In this document: positions 46,836-57,123 of the stretch, piece by piece
Numbering within the stretch: the stretch's first letter is position 1
Layout of the letters: every line of letters begins with the position of its first letter
From: an uncultured virus (IMG/VR IMGVR_UViG_3300042508_000149)
Lineage: Duplodnaviria; Heunggongvirae; Uroviricota; Caudoviricetes
Strand: one strand, 5' to 3'
Virus record (IMG/VR): IMGVR_UViG_3300042508_000149
Length of the DNA: 64,000 nt
The notes under the pieces: generated by a model
Seen by the model: the letters and a program-made list of their open reading frames with translations, nothing else
Told to the model about the DNA's origin: nothing
Database searches by the model: none
Program-made: the position numbers and the translations under genes

Positions 46836-47803
46836 CTACGTCAGGCACAACTTCATTCAATCCTAACTTAAACGAATGTGTTGAAGAGGCATACGAAAGG
46901 TGTGGTCGTGAATTACGTTCGGGCTACGATCTGAGGACCGCCCGTAGGTCGCTTAATCTTTTGCTCACGGAGTGGTCTAACCGCGGGGTAAATCTATGGA
47001 CCATGGAGCAGGGTGCAATACAGCTCTATGCCAATCAAATTACTTACCCTTTACCGATTAATACGGTTGACCTGGTGGAAACCATCATCCGCACAGGAGA
47101 GGGGCAGAACCAGACGGATATTAATATCAGCCGGATTTCGGTAAGTACATACTCCACCATACCAAATAAGCTAGCCACGGGCAGGCCTATTCAAATTTAC
47201 ATAGACCGACAGGGTGGACAGACCTATGTTTTCACAGGCACGTTGGCCGCTAATATCACATCCTCTGCTACGACAATACCGATGTCTAGCCTCGCAGGGA
47301 TACCATATGCAGGATATGCAAACATTGGATCGGAGACGGTTTATTACTACGGTACTTCAACCCAAGCCGAGAATGTGGCAACGGGCACTTCAGCTTATGC
47401 AACGCTAGACAATGTTGTCCGCGGGCAGAACAACACAACGGCTGCTGCTCATTCTTCAGGCGCAACGGTAAGCAATACCAAGTTTCCTAATGTAACGGTA
47501 TGGCCAGCCCCGGATCAGGGTTCCATCTCTACGCCTTATTACACACTGGTTTACTGGCGGATGCGTAGGATGCAAGACGCAGGGAATGGTGTGAACGTGG
47601 AGGACATTCCCTATCGATTCCAAGAGGCACTTATATCAGGGCTTGCATATAAGCTGTCTATGAAAGTAGAGGGCGGCTTGGAGAGGATGGCCATGCTAAA
47701 GGCTCAGTATGATGAGTCATGGGATCTGGCGGCAGGCGAAGATCGCGAGAAAGCGCCTATCAGGTTTGTGCCAAGGCAGTCATTCTTGGGCGTGAACTTC
47801 TAA
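46832..47803 (+). CDS. Head-tail adaptor/tail tubular-like protein
   Basis: EEAYERCG...ARRSLNLL...GRP; position. Confidence 0.6.
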   Translation: MTTSGTTSFNPNLNECVEEAYERCGRELRSGYDLRTARRSLNLLLTEWSNRGVNLWTMEQGAIQLYANQITYPLPINTVDLVETIIRTGEGQNQTDINISRISVSTYSTIPNKLATGRPIQIYIDRQGGQTYVFTGTLAANITSSATTIPMSSLAGIPYAGYANIGSETVYYYGTSTQAENVATGTSAYATLDNVVRGQNNTTAAAHSSGATVSNTKFPNVTVWPAPDQGSISTPYYTLVYWRMRRMQDAGNGVNVEDIPYRFQEALISGLAYKLSMKVEGGLERMAMLKAQYDESWDLAAGEDREKAPIRFVPRQSFLGVNF

Positions 47804-48229
47804 ATGCCTAATCAGTTTGCCAGTGGAAAGTTTGCTATCGCCCAGTGCGATAGGTGTAATTTTCGCTATAAACTAAAGCAGCTCAAGGTGCTTACAATTA
47901 AAACCAAGAATGTTAATATCTTGGTATGCCCAGAATGTTGGGAACCTGATCAGCCGCAGTTGCAGCTTGGCATGTTTCCCATTTCCGATCCGCAGGCCGT
48001 AAGGAATCCACGTCCCGATTCCAACTCGTATTACCAGTCAGGCTATAACGGGATGCAGACCAACTACACGATAGGGACAGACCCTTTATATACGGGCGTT
48101 CCGCTTGAAGGAAGCCGGGTTATAGAATGGGGCTTCAATCCAGTTGGTGGCGCAAGATCTTTTGATTATGGCATGACCCCCAATCACTTGGTGGGGCAGG
48201 CCCTGTTAAACAGTGTATCAGCCTCCTAG
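47804..48229 (+). CDS. Zn-binding hypothetical protein
   Basis: CDRC...VCPECWE. Confidence 0.7.
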   Translation: MPNQFASGKFAIAQCDRCNFRYKLKQLKVLTIKTKNVNILVCPECWEPDQPQLQLGMFPISDPQAVRNPRPDSNSYYQSGYNGMQTNYTIGTDPLYTGVPLEGSRVIEWGFNPVGGARSFDYGMTPNHLVGQALLNSVSAS

Positions 48230-48238
48230 GAGCAAGTG

Positions 48239-48409
48239 ATGAAAGATGATATCAAGCAAGACAAAAAGACAGCCGCCGCTGCGGTGCATAAGCATGAAAA
48301 AGCAATGCACCCTGGTAAGCCATTGACCAAGATGCGTAAGGGCGGCCCTACATCAGAAATGATGAAGAAGATGGGACGCAATCTTGCACGCGCACGTAAT
48401 CAGGGGTAA
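48239..48409 (+). CDS. Small basic protein (56 aa)
   Basis: AGGAG RBS; HKHEKAMHPGKP..MRKGG. Confidence 0.65.
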   Translation: MKDDIKQDKKTAAAAVHKHEKAMHPGKPLTKMRKGGPTSEMMKKMGRNLARARNQG

Positions 48410-48412
48410 GTT

Positions 48413-48673
48413 ATGGCCAAGTATTCAATGAAGCAGGGCGGCAAAGAAGTCGGTCCTGCATCGGTATACGCTGAACCGCATACCATGGCGGGCGCAAAAG
48501 TTGTTGCATCGCCAAACCCCGGCAAAGAGATGCCCTATAACATGGTGAAGGATTGGCAACCGACCCATGGTGTAGCCATGAACCCCAATAGTCAAGTGAA
48601 GACTTCTGGTATTAAGATGCGTGGTGCCGGGGCTGCGACCAAAGGTACGATGTGCCGGGGTCCAATGGCTTAA
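48413..48673 (+). CDS. Small protein
   Basis: GIKMRGAGAATKG. Confidence 0.7.
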   Translation: MAKYSMKQGGKEVGPASVYAEPHTMAGAKVVASPNPGKEMPYNMVKDWQPTHGVAMNPNSQVKTSGIKMRGAGAATKGTMCRGPMA

Positions 48674-48682
48674 GGAGCCAAC

Positions 48683-49354
48683 ATGAACTGGGGCCAGCTT
48701 AAGACTGCGATACAAGATTATTGCGAAACGACGTTTGAGACGGTAACGCTCCAGACGTTTGCCAAGCAGGCAGAGCAACGAATCTTCAATTCCATTCAGT
48801 TTCCGTCGCTACGGAAAAACGTAGTTGGAACCTGCACGATTAATAATCGGTATCTTCAGGCGCCCACGGATTTTCTTGCACCCTATTCACTGGCGGTTAT
48901 TGATGCAGGCGGCGCTTACAAGTATCTGCTTAACAAAGATGTGAACTTTATTCGTGAGGCGTTCCCAGCGCCCACGGGTTCTGGCAATACAGGCGAGCCT
49001 TATTGCTATGCAATCTTTGGACCTGATTCGACCGATGAGAAAGAGTGGGTGTTTTTACTTGGGCCAACGCCTGACGCTGCATACAGTGTAGAGCTGCATT
49101 ACTTCTACTATCCAACATCGATTGCGGCAACAGATACAGATGCCAATACGACGTGGCTTAGTGATAACTTTGATTCAGTGCTTTTGTATGGCTGCCTGGT
49201 AGAGGCTTACACCTTCCTGAAGGGTGAGCCAGACATGATTCAAAACATCACAGGTAGATACAAAGAAGCACTTGCTCTTGCTAAGCGTCTTGGTGACGGC
49301 CTTGACCGCCAGGATGCATATCGTTCTGGGCAGGTTCGGGATAAGGTGGTGTAA
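48683..49354 (+). CDS. Adaptor/tail tubular protein A-like
   Basis: QAEQRI...GPTPDAAY...LLYGCLVEA. Confidence 0.65.
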   Translation: MNWGQLKTAIQDYCETTFETVTLQTFAKQAEQRIFNSIQFPSLRKNVVGTCTINNRYLQAPTDFLAPYSLAVIDAGGAYKYLLNKDVNFIREAFPAPTGSGNTGEPYCYAIFGPDSTDEKEWVFLLGPTPDAAYSVELHYFYYPTSIAATDTDANTTWLSDNFDSVLLYGCLVEAYTFLKGEPDMIQNITGRYKEALALAKRLGDGLDRQDAYRSGQVRDKVV

Positions 49355-49782
49355 TGGCAATCATTCAAACCCTGACAACAAGCTTCAAAGTAGAGCTGGC
49401 TCAGGGCTTGCATAACTTCACTGCGAGTACTGGCGATGTCTTTAAGATGGCCCTCTACACAGCCAACGCTGATCTTGGTGCCTCGACGACTGCTTACACA
49501 GCAGCGGGTGAATCCAGTGGAACCAATTACACGGCCGGCGGGATTGCACTCACAAACATCACGCCAACCTTTCAAGGAACTACTGCTTACTGGACGTTTG
49601 ATACCGCCACATTCACCAACGTGACTTTGACGACAAATGGCGCATTGATATACAACTTTACCAATGGAAATCGATCTGTAGCGGTATTAAACTTTGGGGT
49701 GAATATCACAAAATCGGGACAGGATTTGGTGATTACATTTCCGGCGGCAGATGCAACCAATGCAGTTTTAAGGATTGCTTGA
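49354..49782 (+). CDS. Tail structural protein
   Basis: SFKVEL...FKMALYT...NYTAGG. Confidence 0.65.
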   Translation: MAIIQTLTTSFKVELAQGLHNFTASTGDVFKMALYTANADLGASTTAYTAAGESSGTNYTAGGIALTNITPTFQGTTAYWTFDTATFTNVTLTTNGALIYNFTNGNRSVAVLNFGVNITKSGQDLVITFPAADATNAVLRIA

Positions 49783-49872
49783 TATGTGGACGCAAATTAC
49801 CACGACGCAGGTAGCTAGCTGGGGCGGTATCACACCCGGTGTTACGACAACTTGGACGCAGGTGGTAACGAC

Positions 49873-52173
49873 ATGACCGTTAATTACACAACCCTACTTA
49901 AGCTAGCCCAGCCCGTAAACGGGACGGAAGATGGTACGTGGGGCACCACGGTTAATGATGCGCTCACTGCGCCAGTTGATGTTGCTATTGGCGGCTCGAT
50001 ATCCATCGATGTCACGGGCGGTAATGTCACATTAAGTAACGGAGATGGTTCGGCTAGTAACGAGGCGCGTTATGCCGTGCTTTTAATAACTGGTACGCCA
50101 GGAGTTAGCCGAAATGTTGTAGCGCCAGGCGGATCAGCAAGCCGTAGTTGGTATATCGTAAAGAATGGTTCTGATGCTGCAATTGTTGTTAAAGCTTCCG
50201 CGACCACAGGTGTAACGATTACATCAGGCTCTGAGGCGGTCATTTATTGGAACGGATCCGACTATGTAGCAAGTGGTGTTATTGGGCCAGCTTCTTCAAC
50301 AGACAACGCGGTTGCAAGATTCGATGGAACCACAGGTAAGGTTATCCAAAACTCTGCGGTAACCATCGCGGATACTACGGGCGATATCACAGGCGGTAAG
50401 TACAACAAGGTAACAGTCACTGCTCCAGCAACCGGTTCGACGCTTACGATAGCTGATGGAAAGACGTTCACTGCAAGCAATACGGTAACGCTCTCTGGAA
50501 CAGATGGTTCCACCATGGCTTTTGGCGCTGGTGGTACGGTAGCCTATACGTCAGATAAGCTATCTGCGTTTGCGTCAACCACTTCAGCAGAATTGCGTGG
50601 AGTCATATCAGATGAAACAGGCACGGGCTCACTAGTATTTGCAACGAGTCCGACACTTGTTACGCCAATACTTGGAACGCCAACATCCGTAACGCTCACA
50701 AATGCCACGGGATTACCCTTGTCTACCGGCGTCACCGGTACGCTCCCTTATGGTAATGGCGGTACAGGATTAAGTTCACTTGGGTCTGCGCTTCAGGTTC
50801 TGCGCGTTAACTCTGGTGCTACGGCGCTGGAATACGCAACTATCAGCGCAGGCGACGTATCTGGACCAAGTTCGTCTACCGATGGTCAGATTGCATTATT
50901 TGATGGAACTACTGGCAAGCTTATTAAAGCAGCTACAACCACAGGTCTTGTGAAGGCCACGTCAGGTGTTCTAGCAGCAGCGGTAAGCAGCACGGATTAC
51001 GCACCTGCAACGACCGGTACGAGCGCCCAGCTTTTAGCCAATAACGGTAGTGGTGGTTTCAGTAATGTCACAGTTGGTTCTGGGTTAACACTCTCTGCTG
51101 GCACGTTATCCGCATCGGGTGGTAGTGGAACCGTGACACAGGTGGCGCAGACGTTTACCGGTGGTTTGATTTCGGTGGCCGGATCGCCAATTACATCATC
51201 CGGCACGCTAGCGTTGAGTGTTGCAGGAACATCCGGTGGTTTGGTTTATTTCTCTGGGTCATCAACCTGGGCAAGCTCTGGCGTATTGGCCGCAAATGCT
51301 CTTATGGTTGGTGGCGGAGCCGGGTCGGCTCCAAGCACGGTAACAACAGGGACGGGCGTTGTAACGGCTCTTGGTGTAAATACTGGATCCGCTGGGGCAT
51401 TTGTTGTTAATGGTGGTGCTCTAGGTACACCAAGTTCAGGTGCGGTAACTAACCTTACTGGCACGGCTTCAATCAATATTAACGGTACGGTAGGAGCAAC
51501 AACACCGACAACAGGGGCGTTTACGACGCTTTCCGCCTCTTCGACTACGACGTTATCCGGCCTTACAGCAAGTACCGCGTTAGCTTTAGATGCAAGCAAA
51601 AACATTGTTAGCGTTACTAACACAGGTACGGGTAATAATGTTTTGGCTACATCGCCGGTACTTACAACGCCAAACCTTGGCACTCCATCAGCGGTTACGC
51701 TTACTAACGCCACGGGGCTTCCGTTATCTACTGGCGTTACCGGTAATCTGCCAGTTACCAACCTTAATTCAGGAACCGGTGCGTCATCAACGACGTTTTG
51801 GCGCGGTGATGGCACATGGGCTACGCCTGCCGGCGGTGGCGGCACACCCGGCGGGTCTGATACTCAAATTCAATTTAATAGTTCAGGGTCGTTTGGTGGC
51901 AGCGCAAACTTTACATGGGATGGTACGAACGTACAGATTGGCGCGACAGGAGCCTTACGTTTTGCTGATACAGATTCGAGTAATTATGTTGCTTTCAAAT
52001 CACCGGGTACGGTAGCTACCAATGTAACTTGGACGTTGCCAAGTGCCGATGGGTCAAACGGCCAGTTTTTGAAAACAAATGGATCTGGAACCCTTTCTTG
52101 GGCAACGGCTAGCGGAGGTGGTTCAAGCACTGGAGGCAACATTTATATGGCTAACACTTACGGAGCTTTTTAA
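49873..52173 (+). CDS. Tail fibre protein
   Basis: Gly/Thr/Ser-rich with repeated [19 protein letters not shown] and [19 protein letters not shown] modules. Confidence 0.8.
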   Translation: MTVNYTTLLKLAQPVNGTEDGTWGTTVNDALTAPVDVAIGGSISIDVTGGNVTLSNGDGSASNEARYAVLLITGTPGVSRNVVAPGGSASRSWYIVKNGSDAAIVVKASATTGVTITSGSEAVIYWNGSDYVASGVIGPASSTDNAVARFDGTTGKVIQNSAVTIADTTGDITGGKYNKVTVTAPATGSTLTIADGKTFTASNTVTLSGTDGSTMAFGAGGTVAYTSDKLSAFASTTSAELRGVISDETGTGSLVFATSPTLVTPILGTPTSVTLTNATGLPLSTGVTGTLPYGNGGTGLSSLGSALQVLRVNSGATALEYATISAGDVSGPSSSTDGQIALFDGTTGKLIKAATTTGLVKATSGVLAAAVSSTDYAPATTGTSAQLLANNGSGGFSNVTVGSGLTLSAGTLSASGGSGTVTQVAQTFTGGLISVAGSPITSSGTLALSVAGTSGGLVYFSGSSTWASSGVLAANALMVGGGAGSAPSTVTTGTGVVTALGVNTGSAGAFVVNGGALGTPSSGAVTNLTGTASININGTVGATTPTTGAFTTLSASSTTTLSGLTASTALALDASKNIVSVTNTGTGNNVLATSPVLTTPNLGTPSAVTLTNATGLPLSTGVTGNLPVTNLNSGTGASSTTFWRGDGTWATPAGGGGTPGGSDTQIQFNSSGSFGGSANFTWDGTNVQIGATGALRFADTDSSNYVAFKSPGTVATNVTWTLPSADGSNGQFLKTNGSGTLSWATASGGGSSTGGNIYMANTYGAF

Positions 52174-52175
52174 TC

Positions 52176-52658
52176 ATGGCTGTTACAGCAACCCCAATTT
52201 TTGTACAAACGCCAAATGTTGGCGCGTTGAATGCTGTTCTTTCAACAGCAATGACAAACACTAAAGCATTTGATGGAACTGAGACTGCTGGAACAGGAAT
52301 GGTCTTATGCTTCACGGCAGGTGCGGATGGCGCAAGGATAGATCAGATTAATTGCAGGCTCGCTTCTACAAATGGAGCAACCGCATCGGGAACAAGCAAT
52401 GCGACCGTGGTAAGGTTTTGGCTCAATAACGGCTCTGCAAATACAACGGCTGGAAACAATATCTTCATTGGTGAGGTTGCAATTCCTGCTACAGCAGTCA
52501 CTGCTTTAGGAACGTCAGCGTTAACTGTTTATCCGTTCTCTATAGCAACGGGTGGATTGAACATTCCAGCTACTTATCGTGTGTACGCAGGTCTTACGGT
52601 GGCCGCAGGTGGCACTAACATTGGTATAGCTGTATCGGCTCTCGGAGGGAATTACTAA
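52176..52658 (+). CDS. Tail-fibre-associated protein
   Basis: Position; beta-rich. Confidence 0.6.
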   Translation: MAVTATPIFVQTPNVGALNAVLSTAMTNTKAFDGTETAGTGMVLCFTAGADGARIDQINCRLASTNGATASGTSNATVVRFWLNNGSANTTAGNNIFIGEVAIPATAVTALGTSALTVYPFSIATGGLNIPATYRVYAGLTVAAGGTNIGIAVSALGGNY

Positions 52659-53857
52659 TGAACTCATTGCAGCCATCGGCGTTTAACCTTGCGCCACCGC
52701 CGACGCTGCAATGGCAGCCGGTACAAATAAATAATTTTTACGCCGTAGCTGGAAGAGCCTACCCAGTCAATACGACAAGCGGAGTAATTACAGCAACGCT
52801 GCCACTTGATCCTTCTCCTGGCGACTTGGTCACTTTTACTGATTATGCTGGAACCTTTGCTACGAATGGGTTATCCATCAATCCAAACGGGTCAAAAATA
52901 AATGGCGCAGCAACTCTTTTTAGCGTTGTTGGGAAAAGGCAGTCTGTACAAATTGTTTACACAGACGAAACACAAGGCTGGATAACATATGCAGCCGTAT
53001 CCTCAGAAGTTCTTTTTGGTCCTCCTGCCACGGTAGAAGTTCTGGTTGTTGCTGGCGGCGCATCTGGTGGTACTTCATACGGCGCTGGCGGCGGCGCTGG
53101 TGGCTATCGAACAAACTCATCTTTCTCAGTTGCCGCTGGAACAAGCTATACCGTTACCGTTGGTGGTGGCGGCGCAGCGAGAACATCCGGCTCCGCTCAA
53201 GGGGCCAATGGCTCAGATTCCGTTTTTAGTACCATTACATCTTCTGGCGGTGGCGGTGGCGGGCCAGTCAATAATAACGGATCAAATGGAGGCTCAGGCG
53301 GCGGTGGGGGTGGCTGGATTAGCGCTCCTGCTGGAGCTGGCGGATCAGGAAATACACCTTCCACATCACCAAGCCAAGGTAATAATGGGGGCGCTGGATT
53401 TACTGGTGGTGGGAATCGTGGTGCTGGTGGTGGTGGTGGCGCTGGGGCTGTTGGAACTGCTGGTAATACAACGTCAGGTGGAGCAGGAGGTAATGGATCG
53501 GCCAACTCAATAACAGGTCCTTCTGTCACTTATGCAGGTGGCGGAGGCGGTGGAAATATTGGCTCTGGAAATCCTGCGTCTGGTGGAACAGGGGGTGGTG
53601 GAACAGGAGGCGGAACCGGAACATCGGGTACAGCAGGTACTGCTAACTTAGGCGGTGGCGGTGGTGGAACAGGTGATATTTCCGGCGGAAGCGCGAGTGG
53701 TGCTGGTGGTAGTGGTGTAGTAATTATTGCCTATCAAAGTTCCTTTGCTAATTTAACATCAATAGGCGCAGGGCTGACTTATTCGCTTGATACCTCAACA
53801 CGCTCTGGATACAAAGTTTATAAGTTTACTGCCGGAACTGGCACGATCTCATGGTAA
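52658..53857 (+). CDS. Glycine-rich tail/receptor-binding protein
   Basis: LVVAGG...YAGGGGG...GGSGVVII. Confidence 0.75.
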   Translation: MNSLQPSAFNLAPPPTLQWQPVQINNFYAVAGRAYPVNTTSGVITATLPLDPSPGDLVTFTDYAGTFATNGLSINPNGSKINGAATLFSVVGKRQSVQIVYTDETQGWITYAAVSSEVLFGPPATVEVLVVAGGASGGTSYGAGGGAGGYRTNSSFSVAAGTSYTVTVGGGGAARTSGSAQGANGSDSVFSTITSSGGGGGGPVNNNGSNGGSGGGGGGWISAPAGAGGSGNTPSTSPSQGNNGGAGFTGGGNRGAGGGGGAGAVGTAGNTTSGGAGGNGSANSITGPSVTYAGGGGGGNIGSGNPASGGTGGGGTGGGTGTSGTAGTANLGGGGGGTGDISGGSASGAGGSGVVIIAYQSSFANLTSIGAGLTYSLDTSTRSGYKVYKFTAGTGTISW

Positions 53858-54447
53858 CTCACGGTCTTTTTGCTCAACCCGTAAGCATGTTTGAACGTCA
53901 AATTACTGACGAGGAAAAAGCATTGATTATGGGCTTAGACACAAGGCCAAATATGGGGAACATGACATCAACAGATAATTTCGTTTTACGTCGCACCGGC
54001 CTTACTGATTTACGATCATGGATTGAGGATTGTATTGCTGAATATTTCAAAGCAACTGTCAATCCGAGACATGATGTAAGTTTGAGAGTCACGCAAAGCT
54101 GGGTGAACTATAGCGACCAAGGTCAATACCACCACAAACATGCTCATCCTAATTCGTTGGTTTCTGGCGTGTTTTACGTGCAAACAAATCCTGATGACCG
54201 CATCTATTTTTATCGCGCAGGCTATCAGCAAATCAAACTGCCTACATTGGAGTGGAATACATGGAACTCTGAAAGCTGGTGGTTTGAGGCTATTACGGGG
54301 CGATTGATTTTATTCCCTTCAAGTCTTGAACATATGGTTCCAACGGTTGAGGGTGAACAGACTAGAGTTTCTCTATCGTTCAATACGTTTCCGGTTGGCA
54401 TGGTGGGCGAGGAAATGGATTTAACTGGGCTAAGGCTGGAGGCATAA
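53851..54447 (+). CDS. Putative 2OG-Fe(II) oxygenase (TIGR02466-like)
   Basis: SWVN..HHKHAHPNSLVSGVFY...LFPSSLEHMV...RVSLSFN. Confidence 0.85.
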   Translation: MVTHGLFAQPVSMFERQITDEEKALIMGLDTRPNMGNMTSTDNFVLRRTGLTDLRSWIEDCIAEYFKATVNPRHDVSLRVTQSWVNYSDQGQYHHKHAHPNSLVSGVFYVQTNPDDRIYFYRAGYQQIKLPTLEWNTWNSESWWFEAITGRLILFPSSLEHMVPTVEGEQTRVSLSFNTFPVGMVGEEMDLTGLRLEA

Positions 54448-54819
54448 ATGGCTCATTACGCATTGTTAGATAAAAACGGAATTGTCGTTCAAGTCATTAC
54501 TGGCAAAGACGAGAACGAAGGTATTTATGATTGGGAGCAATGGTATTCAGCCGAAACAAGACTGACTGCTAAACGCACTAGCTACAACACTTATGGCGGC
54601 ATCCACCGTCTCGGTGGCGTACCTTTCAGAAAAAATTATGCTGCTATTGGAGATAAATACGATGCAGAGCGTGATGCTTTTGTTTCTCCACAACCCTATC
54701 CTTCTTGGCTTCTCAATGAACAAACTTGCGTATGGGAGCCACCAGTAGCGATGCCTGATGATGGCAAGCTGTATCAGTGGGATGAAGCAACAACAAGCTG
54801 GGTGGAAGTAAATGCCTGA
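54448..54819 (+). CDS. Tail-fibre chaperone-like protein
   Basis: MAHYALLD...TSYNT...RKNYA...PQPYPSW. Confidence 0.65.
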   Translation: MAHYALLDKNGIVVQVITGKDENEGIYDWEQWYSAETRLTAKRTSYNTYGGIHRLGGVPFRKNYAAIGDKYDAERDAFVSPQPYPSWLLNEQTCVWEPPVAMPDDGKLYQWDEATTSWVEVNA

Positions 54820-54970
54820 TCAAATCATCAAACTAGAACTTACCATCCAAGAGGTTAACCATCTGCTTTCGCTTATGGGTAACTTACCTTTTGTACAGGT
54901 TGCTCATTTGATAGCTAAGATTAAAGAGCAAGGCGAGCCCCAAGTAACACAGGAAATTAGTGAGCCCTAG
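54812..54970 (+). CDS. Small hypothetical protein (52 aa)
   Basis: LELTIQEVN...LPFVQV; overlapping start. Confidence 0.55.
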   Translation: MPDQIIKLELTIQEVNHLLSLMGNLPFVQVAHLIAKIKEQGEPQVTQEISEP

Positions 54971-54972
54971 CC

Positions 54973-55389
54973 GTGGACGACAAAACCCACGAACTAGCGG
55001 TTCTTAAAGCACAAGCCAAGATCAGGCTTGAAGAGCTTAAAGCACAAGACTCGGCCAAAGAAGTAGCAGGCAAAGCCATCGGTGAAGATGGCTTACTGTA
55101 TATCTTCCTAATCGTGCTTGTGGGTGTTGGCGCATCGTTATTCCTTGAAGGTGAAAAGATTGCTGCTGTCATGGGTTTGCTCGGTGCATCACTGACTGCA
55201 CTCATTCAAATGCTAAACGGTATTGCTGGCACTGCTGCGAAACAGGAAAGGCCAGAGTTTGAGGTCATCAAAGATTTGATCCACCGTCTTGACAAGCTAG
55301 ACCGTGCCGAGCAACCCATGCAAGTGGACGTTGAAGGAAGCAAAGTCACGGTCAAAAAAGGCGCAGATCAAATTACCGCAAAGGGGTAA
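54973..55389 (+). CDS. Membrane protein with 2 TM segments (holin candidate)
   Basis: Hydrophobic segments; lysis region. Confidence 0.55.
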   Translation: MDDKTHELAVLKAQAKIRLEELKAQDSAKEVAGKAIGEDGLLYIFLIVLVGVGASLFLEGEKIAAVMGLLGASLTALIQMLNGIAGTAAKQERPEFEVIKDLIHRLDKLDRAEQPMQVDVEGSKVTVKKGADQITAKG

Positions 55390-55391
55390 TC

Positions 55392-55895
55392 ATGCTCTCA
55401 CTTCTCTCCACCCTTGGTGGGTTGCTGATCTCAGGCTTGCCAAAGCTACTTGATTACTTCCAAAACAAAGCCGACCAAGCCCATGAGCTTGAACTTGCAA
55501 GGATGCAGTCAGAGCGTGAACTCGCGCTTGCTAAGGAAGGTTACATTGCCCAGCAGCGTGTGGAAGAGATCCGCACCGACCAGATCGCTATGCAAACTGA
55601 CGCTCAAATGACAGTTGCAGCACTGGATCACGACAAGCAGATTATTGAGAAGTCTAGCAAGTGGGTGGTGAATTACATTGGTACGGTGCGGCCTAACGTC
55701 ACTTACTTGCTCATCTTGGAACTCATTGCTATCAACGCTGTGCTTGCGTATTACGTTTGGCAGCACCCGCACCTTGTGCAGAACATTGACGATCTGATCC
55801 GAGTCAGCGCCATTATCTTTTCCGACGATGAGATGGCAATGCTTGGCGGCATCATTGGATTTTGGTTCGGCTCCCGTAGTTGGCAGAAAAAATGA
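55392..55895 (+). CDS. Holin-like membrane protein
   Basis: VRP...IIGFWFGSR; directly upstream of the endolysin. Confidence 0.65.
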   Translation: MLSLLSTLGGLLISGLPKLLDYFQNKADQAHELELARMQSERELALAKEGYIAQQRVEEIRTDQIAMQTDAQMTVAALDHDKQIIEKSSKWVVNYIGTVRPNVTYLLILELIAINAVLAYYVWQHPHLVQNIDDLIRVSAIIFSDDEMAMLGGIIGFWFGSRSWQKK

Positions 55896-56407
55896 AGACC
55901 GGGCAGGCTGGCATTGACTTGATGCACAGTTTTGAAGGTAAGAGTCTTAAACCTTATTTATGCCCTGCTCATATTTGGACGATTGGTTACGGCCACGTTT
56001 TATACCAAGATCAGATCAAGTTACCTGTATTGAGGAAAGATGGCTATACCGGCATCCTTCGCAAGGACTACCCGCTCGCAGCCCAAGATAATCGCGCTTG
56101 GACGCAAGAGGAGATTGATCGCCTTTTTGAGGATGATCTCGTCCGTTTTGAACGCAGTGTTCTTAGAATGTCTCCTAATCTTGCTGGCCGTCAGTCAAGC
56201 TTCGACGCTGTGGTCAGTTTTGCGTTCAACGCTGGACCTGGGCGTTATCAAAGCTCTACGATAAGAATGAAGAACAATCGCGGTGACTATGAAGGCGCAG
56301 CAGAAGCGTTTATGATGTGGACTATGGGCGGCGGCAAAGTGTTACCGGGATTGGTGCGCCGCCGCAGAGCTGAAAAAGCGTTGTACCTACGGGGTGAATT
56401 TAAATGA
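55892..56407 (+). CDS. Endolysin, GH24 lysozyme
   Basis: FEG...YLCPAHIWTIGYGH...FDAVVSFAFN...GLVRRRRAE. Confidence 0.92.
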   Translation: MKTGQAGIDLMHSFEGKSLKPYLCPAHIWTIGYGHVLYQDQIKLPVLRKDGYTGILRKDYPLAAQDNRAWTQEEIDRLFEDDLVRFERSVLRMSPNLAGRQSSFDAVVSFAFNAGPGRYQSSTIRMKNNRGDYEGAAEAFMMWTMGGGKVLPGLVRRRRAEKALYLRGEFK

Positions 56408-57089
56408 GTCCTTTGCGTTTGTCCCAGTACGCTTTCTTGGCCGCAGCTAATTTAGCGCGGTATTCAGGTGTATCAAAAGCAGCGCGTTTAGCCGCATACT
56501 CAGGTGAAGCCATCGTTGCCTTAAGGCGTTCTTTACGTTGGGCTAGAGCTACTGGGTCGGACATTTTTTCTCTGCGTTTGCCTTGTGCGTCTCGGATACC
56601 TTCAATCCGTTTGGCATCGAACTCGGGGTCTTTGCCGTTGCGCTCTCCCCAAGACTTCATGTGTTCATTCTTTAATAAATTTGCACGCAACACTTCTTTT
56701 GTTGACTCTGTGAGATCTCGTGTTTTACCAACTCTTGGGTCTATGGTTGCAGTTCGGTACTCAGGTGTTTTCCAAAGATCAACAAGTTTTTGTTTTGTTT
56801 CGTCACTGGTTTTATGAAACTCACCACCAGCAGATATATTGGTCAAAGTACCGCCGTCCCTGATGCGGCCAAACTTTGCTATGAACATTTGCTCCATGGA
56901 CTTAGCTTCATCGGCGTTTGCAACAGTATGTATTTCAACAACAACCGAATCAGCTCCAAGATCAGCAAGTTTTTGCAAACATCCTTTGTTGCGATGGCAC
57001 TTTGCCTTGGGGTTAGTCCTTCCAAGGGTGCTACCCATGCCAACATAAAAAGGGACGCCATTTGGGTCTTTCCAAATATAAACGTACAT
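56400..57089 (-). CDS. Freestanding GIY-YIG-like endonuclease, antisense to the operon
   Basis: GGAG RBS; YVYIWKDPNGVPFYVGMG...E...LTNISAGGE. Confidence 0.8.
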   Translation of the reverse strand: MYVYIWKDPNGVPFYVGMGSTLGRTNPKAKCHRNKGCLQKLADLGADSVVVEIHTVANADEAKSMEQMFIAKFGRIRDGGTLTNISAGGEFHKTSDETKQKLVDLWKTPEYRTATIDPRVGKTRDLTESTKEVLRANLLKNEHMKSWGERNGKDPEFDAKRIEGIRDAQGKRREKMSDPVALAQRKERLKATMASPEYAAKRAAFDTPEYRAKLAAAKKAYWDKRKGLI

Positions 57090-57123
57090 GGTGTTCTCCG
57101 TGTTAAGGTAGGAGAATTTTAGC

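Noticed and set aside
49873..53857. Diversity-generating retroelement acting on tail fibres
   Set aside because: No reverse transcriptase and no adenine-specific template/variable repeat pair seen.
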